Virus record (IMG/VR): IMGVR_UViG_3300033121_002356
Coordinates: 1-64,000 of that record
DNA length: 64,000 nt
Strand: one strand, 5' to 3'
From: a virus
Taxonomy: Duplodnaviria > Caudoviricetes
In this document: piece by piece, positions 36,627-45,792 of the stretch
How the letters are laid out: every line of letters begins with the position of its first letter
How positions within the stretch are numbered: position 1 is the stretch's first letter
Position numbers and translations under genes: made by a program
The notes under the pieces: generated by a model
Databases searched by the model: none
Told to the model about the DNA's origin: nothing
The model's input: only the letters and a program-made list of their open reading frames with translations

Positions 36627-36881
36627 TTATTTACTCCCTTTTTTTCCACCCTCGAAAAGAATCATATATCTTTCAATGTGGCGCTTATCCACGGATATTC
36701 TTCCCAATCCTTTGCTAGTGGTTTTTAATGTTGCATTATGAAATATATCACAGTCTACTATTACATCAGCTGGGGTAATATCTATAAATTTTCCAGATAC
36801 CCTGCTATTGTCTTTCATAGCAATAAAAATTTTTCCCTTACGGATAATGTTTATAAAATCTGCTACAGTATCTTGCTGCAT
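36627..36881 (-). CDS. hypothetical protein, possible Sm/LSm-like fold
   Basis: Helix followed by IFIAMKDNSRVSGKFIDI and GRISVDKRHI, resembling Sm1/Sm2 spacing. Confidence 0.4.
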   Translation of the reverse strand: MQQDTVADFINIIRKGKIFIAMKDNSRVSGKFIDITPADVIVDCDIFHNATLKTTSKGLGRISVDKRHIERYMILFEGGKKGSK

Positions 36882-38078
36882 TTATTTTTTACTAACCTTA
36901 ATAAAAAAATCATTGTAACTAAATGAAGCAGTTCTCTCCACATCAGTTCTAAATTTAGGATTATCCTTAAGAAAATTATCTAACTCTCGTTTCTTAATAG
37001 ATACCAAAGACAAAAAGCTCTCTAATGGAATCGAGTTATAAACTACAGAAGGGTCATACTGAATTCTACCGCTCTGACGAATATTGGCAATTTTTCCATT
37101 AGCTTCAACGGGGACACCTGTAGATTCCTGTCGCTGAGATACCCAAAACTTAAATGCTCTCTTTCGTTCGTCTAGTATTTTTTCATTAATATCTATCAAC
37201 TCAAGCGCTTTGATTACGTCATCGTCTGTCGTATTGGGTCCAATTGCTAACTCTGGATAGTCTGGAACTTTATTATAAGTATCCGCGTATGATTTACAAG
37301 TCTCACGGAAATCACACCAAGGACAAAATTTATTCTTCATCTCTTTAGCGGCGTCAGGAGTCAGTGCTCTAATTCTTTTGTCAACTTCCACCAAAAACTT
37401 TTCAAAATGCTCTCTATCTTCATCATTTCTATAAGTACATACTGGCTTGTTTTTTAGATAATGGAGCATTAGCACAACATGTTTATACTGCGGAAACTCA
37501 TATCTAACAGCCAAGTCGTACATAGAAAGCTGAATATCATTATATAGCTCTTCTTCAGTTTTGGAGTAATTACCCGTCTTATAGTCTACCACTACTACCG
37601 TCTCTGGGTCTAGCTCCACAAGCTTATCTATAGCGCCCACTATTCTTACACCATACTTTGTAGTAATGTTAAAAAAGTATTCAGTTTCGATTACCTTATC
37701 GGAATTATCAAAATCTTGAAAATATTGACGAAGTAGCGCCTCTCCTTCGTTAACTAATGTAGCATTATTTAACTTATGCTCTACTGCTATTTCTCTAAAA
37801 GACTCTATAAAAGAGTCGATAACACTATTAGGAACTTTATCAATATTAAGCTCTTTAAGGTAGTCTTCTGATTTTTCTAGGCAATCATGAATTGCTCTAC
37901 CAAATTTTAAGATATTACTATCAGTATCCTTTGGATATTTTAATAAATAATTCCTAACAAACTTTGCCTCACATTGAAGAAATGATTCAATAGAGGTAGA
38001 AGACAATGGTTTAGTATATGTTTGATTGTTATCGGATACTACCGTTAACTCAACAACATTTTCCAAAACTTCAGACAT
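36882..38078 (-). CDS. Cas4/AddB/RecB-like PD-(D/E)XK exonuclease with probable Fe-S cysteines
   Basis: LSSTSI..F.QC, FGRAIH, GAID, DYKTG, QL.MY, CPWC.....C. Confidence 0.85.
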   Translation of the reverse strand: MSEVLENVVELTVVSDNNQTYTKPLSSTSIESFLQCEAKFVRNYLLKYPKDTDSNILKFGRAIHDCLEKSEDYLKELNIDKVPNSVIDSFIESFREIAVEHKLNNATLVNEGEALLRQYFQDFDNSDKVIETEYFFNITTKYGVRIVGAIDKLVELDPETVVVVDYKTGNYSKTEEELYNDIQLSMYDLAVRYEFPQYKHVVLMLHYLKNKPVCTYRNDEDREHFEKFLVEVDKRIRALTPDAAKEMKNKFCPWCDFRETCKSYADTYNKVPDYPELAIGPNTTDDDVIKALELIDINEKILDERKRAFKFWVSQRQESTGVPVEANGKIANIRQSGRIQYDPSVVYNSIPLESFLSLVSIKKRELDNFLKDNPKFRTDVERTASFSYNDFFIKVSKK

Positions 38079-38559
38079 TTTTTAATCTCCCTTTTATTGC
38101 TTCTACACCATATAAAGCGCACACAATGGCATCTGTTATATCGTTATGGTCAGAAAATTTAAAGTCATTCAATTTGTATTTGTCGACAATTTTCTTAAAT
38201 ATTTCTTCCTTAGAAGCCTTACCAAATCCTAGTGAACTTCTCAATGTGCTAACATGAACAACTAAGTAATCATACTTATTATTATAAAGATAGTTTCTAG
38301 CCAATGCCTCAAACATGGCCATTATTCTACTCGTCTTTACATTATTATGGGCAGGAGTCGCTTCAATAACAACGAGATTTGGGCTGGTCTTACCCAAAAC
38401 TACCTTAAGCCCATCTAAAAATACATTAAACCGTTCTTCTAATTCTCCCTCAGATGAGTCTATAACCCCATAGAACTTTTTATAAATATGTCCCTTTTCT
38501 GAAAGTAGCGCATATCCAGTTTTTCTGGTAGCTAAATCTAATCCTAATATTTTTTGCAT
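38071..38559 (-). CDS. ruvC: RuvC-like Holliday junction resolvase
   Basis: [21 protein letters not shown]. Confidence 0.82.
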   Translation of the reverse strand: MQKILGLDLATRKTGYALLSEKGHIYKKFYGVIDSSEGELEERFNVFLDGLKVVLGKTSPNLVVIEATPAHNNVKTSRIMAMFEALARNYLYNNKYDYLVVHVSTLRSSLGFGKASKEEIFKKIVDKYKLNDFKFSDHNDITDAIVCALYGVEAIKGRLKNV

Positions 38560-39302
38560 AATTTTATAAACTCATTTTTCTCTTCTTCGGAGAATTTTGT
38601 GGCATCAGGAAAAATAGGAAAAATATGAAACCAAGCATCCCCTGGAGGGGCCCCATTTATTCCAGAAGTACCTCCTCCTTTTACTCTAACCTTACAGACT
38701 CCGGTGGGTGAAGGAGGAATAACTATGTTTGCTACTCTATCTACTCTCACATTTCCCTTAACACATTCTGTACATGAATCCTTTCCATTATACCCGCGCC
38801 CTCTACAATCTTTACATACCTGCTTCATTATGACATTATAGGCCTTCTGTTCGGTACGTCCTGTACCTTCACACTTAGTACACTTATCTACTGTCTTAAA
38901 CGACTTACCATTACAAGTAGTACAAATATCTTCCAGACTAAATGGGTGCTCAATCTTAGAACCAAATAAGATATCGCTCAAAGGAAGCCCTATTTGCTCA
39001 ACATAATCATTTCCTCTTACAGGGGTGTTTACATTAGCTGTACGAGAAAATCCAAACATATTTTTAATAAATTCAATATCTATTTCTGGGATATTTCTCG
39101 GCCTATCATAATTGCGCCTCTTATCATCGTCTGATAAAACAGAGTAAGCTTCTGATATTTTTTTAAACGCTTCTTCTTTCTCTGTATCTCCTGGGTTCCT
39201 ATCAGGATGATTTTCCAAAGCTAGCTTTCTGTACGCCTTCTTTATTTCTTCTTTTGAAGCGTCTTTATTGACCCCCAAAATTTCATAATAATTATCAGTC
39301 AT
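38544..39302 (-). CDS. dnaJ: DnaJ-like co-chaperone (J domain + Zn finger, short C-terminus)
   Basis: [18 protein letters not shown]; four CxxCxG-like repeats; PPGD. Confidence 0.88.
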   Translation of the reverse strand: MTDNYYEILGVNKDASKEEIKKAYRKLALENHPDRNPGDTEKEEAFKKISEAYSVLSDDDKRRNYDRPRNIPEIDIEFIKNMFGFSRTANVNTPVRGNDYVEQIGLPLSDILFGSKIEHPFSLEDICTTCNGKSFKTVDKCTKCEGTGRTEQKAYNVIMKQVCKDCRGRGYNGKDSCTECVKGNVRVDRVANIVIPPSPTGVCKVRVKGGGTSGINGAPPGDAWFHIFPIFPDATKFSEEEKNEFIKLCKKY

Positions 39303-39657
39303 ATATAAACTCTATATCCTCGCCGAACGGCTTACGTATTGTAACAAAATTACTAACACGTACATAGGTCCAATATGCCGTACTTAAAGCCCTGCATTTA
39401 TTACATTCCTTGTCATACCTATTGGTTTCAAGGTTTCCCTCTATAGAGACCCAATTACCATCGTTCTTATCTAACGATAAAGCCAAATCTCCCCAAGCCT
39501 GTATATTAACGCTAGTATGGAATACACTCTTTACGCCACAATTATTTAGGTGCTCTTCTGGAATTTTTATTCTGGCCTTTAGCATTGGACCTGCGGTTGT
39601 CTCGGTAAGCTTAAAAACCTCAAGCATGCCGTTTAGCCTGATATAATTATTTATCAT
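39295..39657 (-). CDS. ssb: single-stranded DNA-binding protein (OB fold)
   Basis: INNYIRL.G, QAWGDLA, VSIEGNL.T; lies next to the primase. Confidence 0.68.
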   Translation of the reverse strand: MINNYIRLNGMLEVFKLTETTAGPMLKARIKIPEEHLNNCGVKSVFHTSVNIQAWGDLALSLDKNDGNWVSIEGNLETNRYDKECNKCRALSTAYWTYVRVSNFVTIRKPFGEDIEFIYD

Positions 39658-40772
39658 TAATTTGCCTCATACAATAGAGAATCACTTATTTCCTTCAACC
39701 GTTCCTTACTATATTTAGAAGGCTCAAACCCCTTTTCAGGGTAGAATGGTATAACTTTAATAAAATTCTTTAAAAAGTTAACCACCCTTTTAGTTCCTTC
39801 CACCCCAGGCTCATCCCCGTCATAAAAAACTATACATTTATTCACATACTTGCTTAATAGGTATCTTTGTACGTTTGATATACTAACTCCCATAGAACAA
39901 ACGGCTATGGGTACTCCTATTTCATAAAAGGCCCAAACATCCGTGAATCCTTCTGTAAGTATTAAAGTATAGTTAAACTTATCCAAACTATTTTTTGCTA
40001 AATTCAACCCATAAAGATAAGAACTTTTATTAAAATCTTTTAATAATCTATACTTAGGAAAATCTCCATATTCATCCATCCCGATACGGCAACTCATACC
40101 AACAAATTTTCCCTCGTCATCCCGTATTGGAATGGTTTCTCTAGGGCCTTCTCTAAATACTCTAGTAGTACCAACTTCAAACAAATCTAGTGTGGACTTG
40201 CTAAACCCACGACTAATGAAATAATCATCTCTGTCTAGGATAAAACCATTAATATCTTCCTCACTGATAGAGGAAGACTTATTTTCATTATTACTAACTA
40301 CATTTTCAAATTGTTGAATCTGTTTTGATTCTTTTAAGAAGTGCTTCTCCTTAAATAATAATATATCCTTATCTGTTAATTCAATAGAATCAAGAGAAAC
40401 TCCTGTAAAATCAGCTAAATACTCTACAGCCTCAATAAAACTAATGTTTTTTACTGCTCTTACTAGAGCAATAACATCGGACCCGTATGTTTCTTGACAA
40501 TGATGAGAATAACAACTAAAAGTATTGTTTGATTTTTTATACCTAAAAGAAGTAAGGCCGTCCCCACCATGAATTAAACAAGCACACCGTATCTCATGAT
40601 TATTTTGCATCCCTATTTGAAAGCCAAGAACTTGAAGTAAAGACTCTCCATCAATCAATGTCTTAATTCTGTCTATATGAACCTTCAACGCCTGGTTACT
40701 AAGACCGGCATGCTTTGGTTCATTCTTCGGAAGAATACTCTTGGGAGTCTGCATTTTCAATAGCCTGTTCAC
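39657..40772 (-). CDS. dnaG: DnaG-type primase
   Basis: CHC2 Zn finger C..H...C....C, IPIRD..G..VG...R, KY, LYGL; TOPRIM EGFTD and YDGD. Confidence 0.9.
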   Translation of the reverse strand: MNRLLKMQTPKSILPKNEPKHAGLSNQALKVHIDRIKTLIDGESLLQVLGFQIGMQNNHEIRCACLIHGGDGLTSFRYKKSNNTFSCYSHHCQETYGSDVIALVRAVKNISFIEAVEYLADFTGVSLDSIELTDKDILLFKEKHFLKESKQIQQFENVVSNNENKSSSISEEDINGFILDRDDYFISRGFSKSTLDLFEVGTTRVFREGPRETIPIRDDEGKFVGMSCRIGMDEYGDFPKYRLLKDFNKSSYLYGLNLAKNSLDKFNYTLILTEGFTDVWAFYEIGVPIAVCSMGVSISNVQRYLLSKYVNKCIVFYDGDEPGVEGTKRVVNFLKNFIKVIPFYPEKGFEPSKYSKERLKEISDSLLYEAN

Positions 40773-42147
40773 AGGCCTCTTTTATAGAGGCTCTCTCTAG
40801 GTCCATTTCTAGTAATACCCCGCTACCAGCAGATGTACTTCTAGAATCCATTATGGAAATCATCCCATTAATAACCGCACCATAGGAACCGTATCTAGTC
40901 CGGTAATATGCTATCTCTTTTGGAGATAATTTTCTAATAGCCATTAAGGTATCAGCATAATGTAGAATTCTATCTGAACCTGAAATATAATTACTTTTTG
41001 GGTCTCTACCCACTGCTTCTCTATTAAACTGAACAGCAGAAATTATAGGTATTTCTAACTCGTTCCCAAGAGACTTTAATGAAGTTGTCAGATATCCCAG
41101 TTGCTGGGTCTCATTGGCTAGTTTTAAATCAAGGCCGTCCGGCAACTTAATATAATCAAATACCACTACCCCTTTACCCTGCTGTTTGATGAACTTCTTT
41201 ATCTCAAATCTAAGAAGCTCTGGGCTAAATCTTGGAAGATTTTTGTACTTGAAATTTCCATTCTGTACAATATCTTGAGCTAAGTCTATCGCCTCTAGTG
41301 TTACAGGGTCATGGCTATAGGTACGATTTTCCAATTCTTTTATTGTTAACTGAGTAAGCTGAGCGACCAATCTACGCATCATCAACTCTTTATTCATCTC
41401 CGTATCTATGTAAAGCACAGGAGTATTTTCGAAAAAGGCAATATGCTTAGCCCACTCTAAAAGTAAAGAAGACTTTCCTTGCTTTGCTCTAGCTGCAACT
41501 ATATAAAGAGACCCGTCTTTAAACCCATTCAGCAGCCTATCTAAAGCAATGAAACCGCTTCTAACACCAAGAATATCAATTGGCGGCGATTTTAATTTCT
41601 CCATAAACTCAACAACATAAGTTGCGAAGTCTACGGACTCTTTATTTTGATTAGCGTTAGCAGTTAATCCGTATATATCTGACTCAATCCCTCCAACCAA
41701 ATCTTCAAAAGACATAGAGGATTTTACATTCTCTACATTTCGTATAATCTTTTCTTTAAATTTATCAGCAAGGCAAAATAGTTTATATTTATCGGCGCGT
41801 TCAACAAGTTCGTTCAAATAATATTCATATAATTTATGAGGAATTAGGGAATCGATTACAACTTTAATAAACTCATACCCATCTTGAGTATTGAGAACTG
41901 TGAGATTTTTAAGATTCTTTGCCTCGTTCCACAAGGCATCGGCTGAAAAATTTTCAACATTTTTTGTATACAGTGAGTCTAAACAGATGAACAATTCTCT
42001 TGCACTAGGAGATAAAAAATGCTCTGGTGATACCTCTCTTGGGGAAGAAACAAGAAGATTAGGATTCTTTACTATACAGCTTAAAACTGATTTTTCTACA
42101 CCTGGATGACAAAATCTGTCAACAACATTTTCTGCATCTTGGTTCAT
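40720..42147 (-). CDS. dnaB: DnaB-type replicative helicase
   Basis: SGF.ALD, AARAKQGKS, DTEM, FDYI, QFNR. Confidence 0.9.
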   Translation of the reverse strand: MNQDAENVVDRFCHPGVEKSVLSCIVKNPNLLVSSPREVSPEHFLSPSARELFICLDSLYTKNVENFSADALWNEAKNLKNLTVLNTQDGYEFIKVVIDSLIPHKLYEYYLNELVERADKYKLFCLADKFKEKIIRNVENVKSSMSFEDLVGGIESDIYGLTANANQNKESVDFATYVVEFMEKLKSPPIDILGVRSGFIALDRLLNGFKDGSLYIVAARAKQGKSSLLLEWAKHIAFFENTPVLYIDTEMNKELMMRRLVAQLTQLTIKELENRTYSHDPVTLEAIDLAQDIVQNGNFKYKNLPRFSPELLRFEIKKFIKQQGKGVVVFDYIKLPDGLDLKLANETQQLGYLTTSLKSLGNELEIPIISAVQFNREAVGRDPKSNYISGSDRILHYADTLMAIRKLSPKEIAYYRTRYGSYGAVINGMISIMDSRSTSAGSGVLLEMDLERASIKEACEQAIENADSQEYSSEE

Positions 42148-42641
42148 ACTTTAGACACCTCGTATGGGTATGTATTCTTCATCTCTAATTCTGTCGATTC
42201 CCGATATTTTTTTAGTGCATTAATATACTCTTTTATAGCCTCCGGATAATTTTCTAAAAGCAAAAGCTCAGCGTTTATTGCCTCTAGCTCCTCTTCTGCT
42301 TCTACCAAGCTGGGGTTTGAATCTATAAACAAACGGCGCTTTTCTTCCTTATTACCCTTTATTTGAGAAGACTTCAACCCACGATTTACCTCGTCATCAA
42401 TATACTTAGATAGCACTCTTTTAGATATCTTAAACTTATTAGTATGAAAAGTTAAACTAATAAGATATTGTGATAAAACTACTATGGCATTTGTAATCTC
42501 TCTAAGGGGCAGAGAAGATAGCTCCTCAACAATATCTAATCTCAATACGTTATCGAGCAACCCTGTGTCAGGTGTACACTTATTCAAAGATAGGGTATCT
42601 ATTAGAGATACAACTCTTTCTTCAATTTTAGTATTTCTCAT
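42144..42641 (-). CDS. hypothetical coiled-coil protein (possibly UvsY-like mediator)
   Basis: All-helical, located between helicase and RecA; similarity by eye only. Confidence 0.45.
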   Translation of the reverse strand: MRNTKIEERVVSLIDTLSLNKCTPDTGLLDNVLRLDIVEELSSLPLREITNAIVVLSQYLISLTFHTNKFKISKRVLSKYIDDEVNRGLKSSQIKGNKEEKRRLFIDSNPSLVEAEEELEAINAELLLLENYPEAIKEYINALKKYRESTELEMKNTYPYEVSKV

Positions 42642-42990
42642 TAAACGCCTCGTTCATTTTTCTCATAAATAATTCTTCATCTACTTTTTCATTAAAATCA
42701 TAAGTAACTAAAGTATAATTATTCATACTAGCCCATTCTCTTTTTAATGCATCTCTTTTCTTTTGCCTATAAAAACTTAGTCCGTCTTTATGAAAAAATC
42801 TATTATAAGAAAAATGCTGTTCTCCCTGCACTTCGATAAGAATACTTAAATCGTCAATCAAAAAGTCAAATAAAAGCTTTTCATTTTGATAGTTTACATA
42901 AAATTCCGTAGTAATTTTAAAGTTAGGAAATCTCTTCTTTAAAAGACTCTTAATCAGTTCCGCCTGTTTCGACATCTGTCTGTTTCCCAA
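42628..42990 (-). CDS. DUF559/Vsr-like endonuclease
   Basis: FDF, IEVQGEQH, QKKRD..K. Confidence 0.8.
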   Translation of the reverse strand: MGNRQMSKQAELIKSLLKKRFPNFKITTEFYVNYQNEKLLFDFLIDDLSILIEVQGEQHFSYNRFFHKDGLSFYRQKKRDALKREWASMNNYTLVTYDFNEKVDEELFMRKMNEAFNEKY

Positions 42991-44029
42991 TTGGAATAGG
43001 TGAAGGAATAGCCAGCTTATCTTCTACCTTCTTTTTAATCTCATCAAATAAATCAAGGTCGCTTGCTAATGCCATTTTTAAGTTTTCTTTGCCTTGGCAG
43101 ACGTTCGCACCGTTATAGGAATACCAAGTTCCTTTGGCTTCAACAACACCAGTCTTAACAGATAGGTCTACTACATCCGCGAATTCATCAAACCCTTTAC
43201 CAAATATTAGCTCAGCCTCAGTACTTCTATGAGGAGAAGATAATTTATTTTTAACTAGGTCTATATCCACTCGCTTACCGAATGGGTCTTCTTCCCCCTT
43301 AGCATAAAGAAGCCTGCTGCTGCCGGCGCCCGCCATTTGTATTCTGTAACTAGAATAGAATTGAAGAGCATTACCACCAGTAGTAACACGAGGGTCTCCA
43401 TATCCGTCTACTTTAAATCTAATCTGATTAATAAATATGGCTAACGCACCTACTTTCGCACAAGCTGGTACGAATTTCTTTAAAGCGCGTGACATCAATC
43501 TAGCATGTAGAGCTATCTTATGGTCGCCCATAGCGGCCTCTAATTCCTCTTCTGGGATTAATGCGGTCACGCTATCAAACACCATAAGCTGAACTTCACC
43601 CGTTTTGATTATACGCTCCGCAACTTCTAGATTCTCTTCTCCAGAGAATCCTTGAACAAGAACCAACTCATCAACGTCAACTCCCATGCCTTCTAGAAGT
43701 TCTAGGTCTGCGGAATGTTCGGCGTCTATAAGAACAGCCTTGCCACCAAGAGCTTGACAATGCTTTATAACATCATAGGACAAAGTACTCTTACCGGAAC
43801 CAGGGTCTCCGTAAAACTCAGCTACTCTTCCTAGTCTAAATCCTCCCTTTCCGAGTATACGATTTAAAGACATCAAACTAGTAGGGATTATTTCCTTATG
43901 CATGCTTAGAATGCTTCTAGCACTTCCAACTAGCGCATTCTCCATGTCCTTTCCTATGCTACGATAAACAATATCAAGGCTATTTACTTTAGCCTTATCT
44001 TCTGCCTTAGCAACTGCTTTTTTTGCCAT
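42950..44029 (-). CDS. recA: RecA recombinase
   Basis: EFYGDPGSGKST, IDAEH, DSVTAL, ARLMS.AL, FINQIR, TTGGNAL.FY, KNK, G.WYSY. Confidence 0.95.
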   Translation of the reverse strand: MAKKAVAKAEDKAKVNSLDIVYRSIGKDMENALVGSARSILSMHKEIIPTSLMSLNRILGKGGFRLGRVAEFYGDPGSGKSTLSYDVIKHCQALGGKAVLIDAEHSADLELLEGMGVDVDELVLVQGFSGEENLEVAERIIKTGEVQLMVFDSVTALIPEEELEAAMGDHKIALHARLMSRALKKFVPACAKVGALAIFINQIRFKVDGYGDPRVTTGGNALQFYSSYRIQMAGAGSSRLLYAKGEEDPFGKRVDIDLVKNKLSSPHRSTEAELIFGKGFDEFADVVDLSVKTGVVEAKGTWYSYNGANVCQGKENLKMALASDLDLFDEIKKKVEDKLAIPSPIPIGKQTDVETGGTD

Positions 44030-44546
44030 TTAAAACGGCCTCCTTAATTTTAGCCAAACTATCTTTTATCTGCTTCATATCTGTTTTTTTATTAGAAAAG
44101 TCTAATTTAGCTTGCTTGTTCCACTCATCTTCATTCCTAGCTTCCTCACTCATTTCATATTGAAATGAAAGTGTGTCTAAAAACTGAACACTAGAAAATA
44201 TTCTAAAGTTTTTAAACGGTCCCCCACATATTTCTGGGTTGTCAAACAGGAAGTCTATCAAAGAGATAATATGCTCTAGTATAGTTTGGTACGACATTCC
44301 CAACTCTTCGAATCTAGTAACAAGTTTCCTAAGTACTGCCGCATCTTTTTCATACGATTTAAACTCATCACCCAAAGAATCGCTGGGCACATTAGCAGCC
44401 TTTTGATAAAAGTATTTTATCACACCAGCTTCAGTGTGCTCCACTTTAATATTCTTTACTTTTCGTACAATATACCCTAACTTTCTTAGATAATTTATAC
44501 AAAAATCTTCAATATGATGTTGCTCTATCTCAACATCCTTGGCCAT
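44007..44546 (-). CDS. hypothetical protein (179 aa)
   Basis: Coupled ORF between dnaN and recA. Confidence 0.6.
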   Translation of the reverse strand: MAKDVEIEQHHIEDFCINYLRKLGYIVRKVKNIKVEHTEAGVIKYFYQKAANVPSDSLGDEFKSYEKDAAVLRKLVTRFEELGMSYQTILEHIISLIDFLFDNPEICGGPFKNFRIFSSVQFLDTLSFQYEMSEEARNEDEWNKQAKLDFSNKKTDMKQIKDSLAKIKEAVLNGKKSSC

Positions 44547-45748
44547 TAAAATCTCCTAAGAGGAACCAAAATACTCTTCAACCCATAGGGGCTATTTGTG
44601 TCCTCTTCCAAGGATACCCTATTAGGTCCCTCATTAAAGAACTGTATCTTTACACTTTCAGTTTTTATATTTTTCAATGTATCAAGTAAAAGTTTTGCAT
44701 TAAAATCGTATAATCTACTAACCAATGCCCCGTGGGTTCTAATTCCTGTAGACTCACCAGAAACATTTCCAGCTACATAAATTTTACATTGTCCGTCCTT
44801 AAACTCAGCCGATATTCTATTGTCGTCTTCATCCGCAATTTGTTGGACGGAAAACACTGCATCGAAAAGTAGTTCAGTATCAAGCGTTACTGCGTCAGTT
44901 GCTCCACTAAACAAGCCATCACAATTAGGGAATCCTCCAACAAAAATTGGGCAACTAACTGTTGTATAACTATCTATGGATTTAATCAGCATTCTATGGT
45001 CGTTCGAAAATGACAAAACAACATCCGAAGCCGAATCAGAGGAGCTAACAATTTTTAGCAGCTTCTTTGCCAATTTGGTTGGTAATAGAAAATTAGAAAC
45101 ATTTTTATAATGTTCCTTGTCCGTCTTTATAAGATATTTCGCTAGCTTAACTCCATTTGTAGCGATTAGTCTTATGATAGATTCCCCGTTTTCTTCTAGA
45201 ATATCAAAAGAAATATTTCCTAATCGCATATCAAGCTCATCAATACCGGATGCATATACTACCTTAGACAAGGCAGCATTCAACTCTTTTGAAGGAAAGA
45301 TGATGTAAGAGGTCCCTTCTTTATCCATCCAAGTTCTTTGAACACGGGCCGATTCAAATTTTGGCAATTGTCTAGTATGTTCAGCACTTTTTGTTTCATT
45401 ATAGAAGTTTGTATAAGAAATCTTAGCCTTTGGCCCCTCTTCCGAGAGAACAATGCTTTGGCACCCCTTATTGTCTTTTTCTGAAAAAGGTTTAATGGCG
45501 CTGATAACCTTTAGTAAGGTATTGGCCTCAACCAGGCAAGAACCGGGCTCGGTTCCTACGATACCCTCAAATAATTTCTTGGGTAATTTAATTGTTAACC
45601 CAACGCTTGGGTCAGATGAGGAAATAAATAGGTTGTCCTCATCAACTTCTAATAGTAACTGATTATAATCTTCATCTTTAAAAGAGATGATAGTTTTAAT
45701 AATATCAGATACTTGTCTAAATAACTCAGCAGGCATTTCAAATTTCAT
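44546..45748 (-). CDS. dnaN: DNA polymerase III beta sliding clamp
   Basis: 400 aa; IATNGVKLA, LLP.K, FPN, FNAKLLLD.LK, ILVPLR. Confidence 0.82.
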   Translation of the reverse strand: MKFEMPAELFRQVSDIIKTIISFKDEDYNQLLLEVDEDNLFISSSDPSVGLTIKLPKKLFEGIVGTEPGSCLVEANTLLKVISAIKPFSEKDNKGCQSIVLSEEGPKAKISYTNFYNETKSAEHTRQLPKFESARVQRTWMDKEGTSYIIFPSKELNAALSKVVYASGIDELDMRLGNISFDILEENGESIIRLIATNGVKLAKYLIKTDKEHYKNVSNFLLPTKLAKKLLKIVSSSDSASDVVLSFSNDHRMLIKSIDSYTTVSCPIFVGGFPNCDGLFSGATDAVTLDTELLFDAVFSVQQIADEDDNRISAEFKDGQCKIYVAGNVSGESTGIRTHGALVSRLYDFNAKLLLDTLKNIKTESVKIQFFNEGPNRVSLEEDTNSPYGLKSILVPLRRF

Positions 45749-45767
45749 AAAACTCCCCTTAGGTTAA

Positions 45768-45788
45768 GCATACAATATGTATAATATG
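45768..45788 (-). promoter_or_regulatory. candidate promoter/operator motif (copy 3)
   Basis: CATATTAT-acatattg-TATGC at the boundary between the structural and replication blocks. Confidence 0.35.
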
Positions 45789-45792
45789 ATTA

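Noticed and set aside
36882-38078. Cas4-like gene as evidence of a CRISPR-Cas system
   Set aside because: No repeat-spacer array or other cas genes were seen; stand-alone Cas4/RecB-like nucleases are common in phage replication modules.
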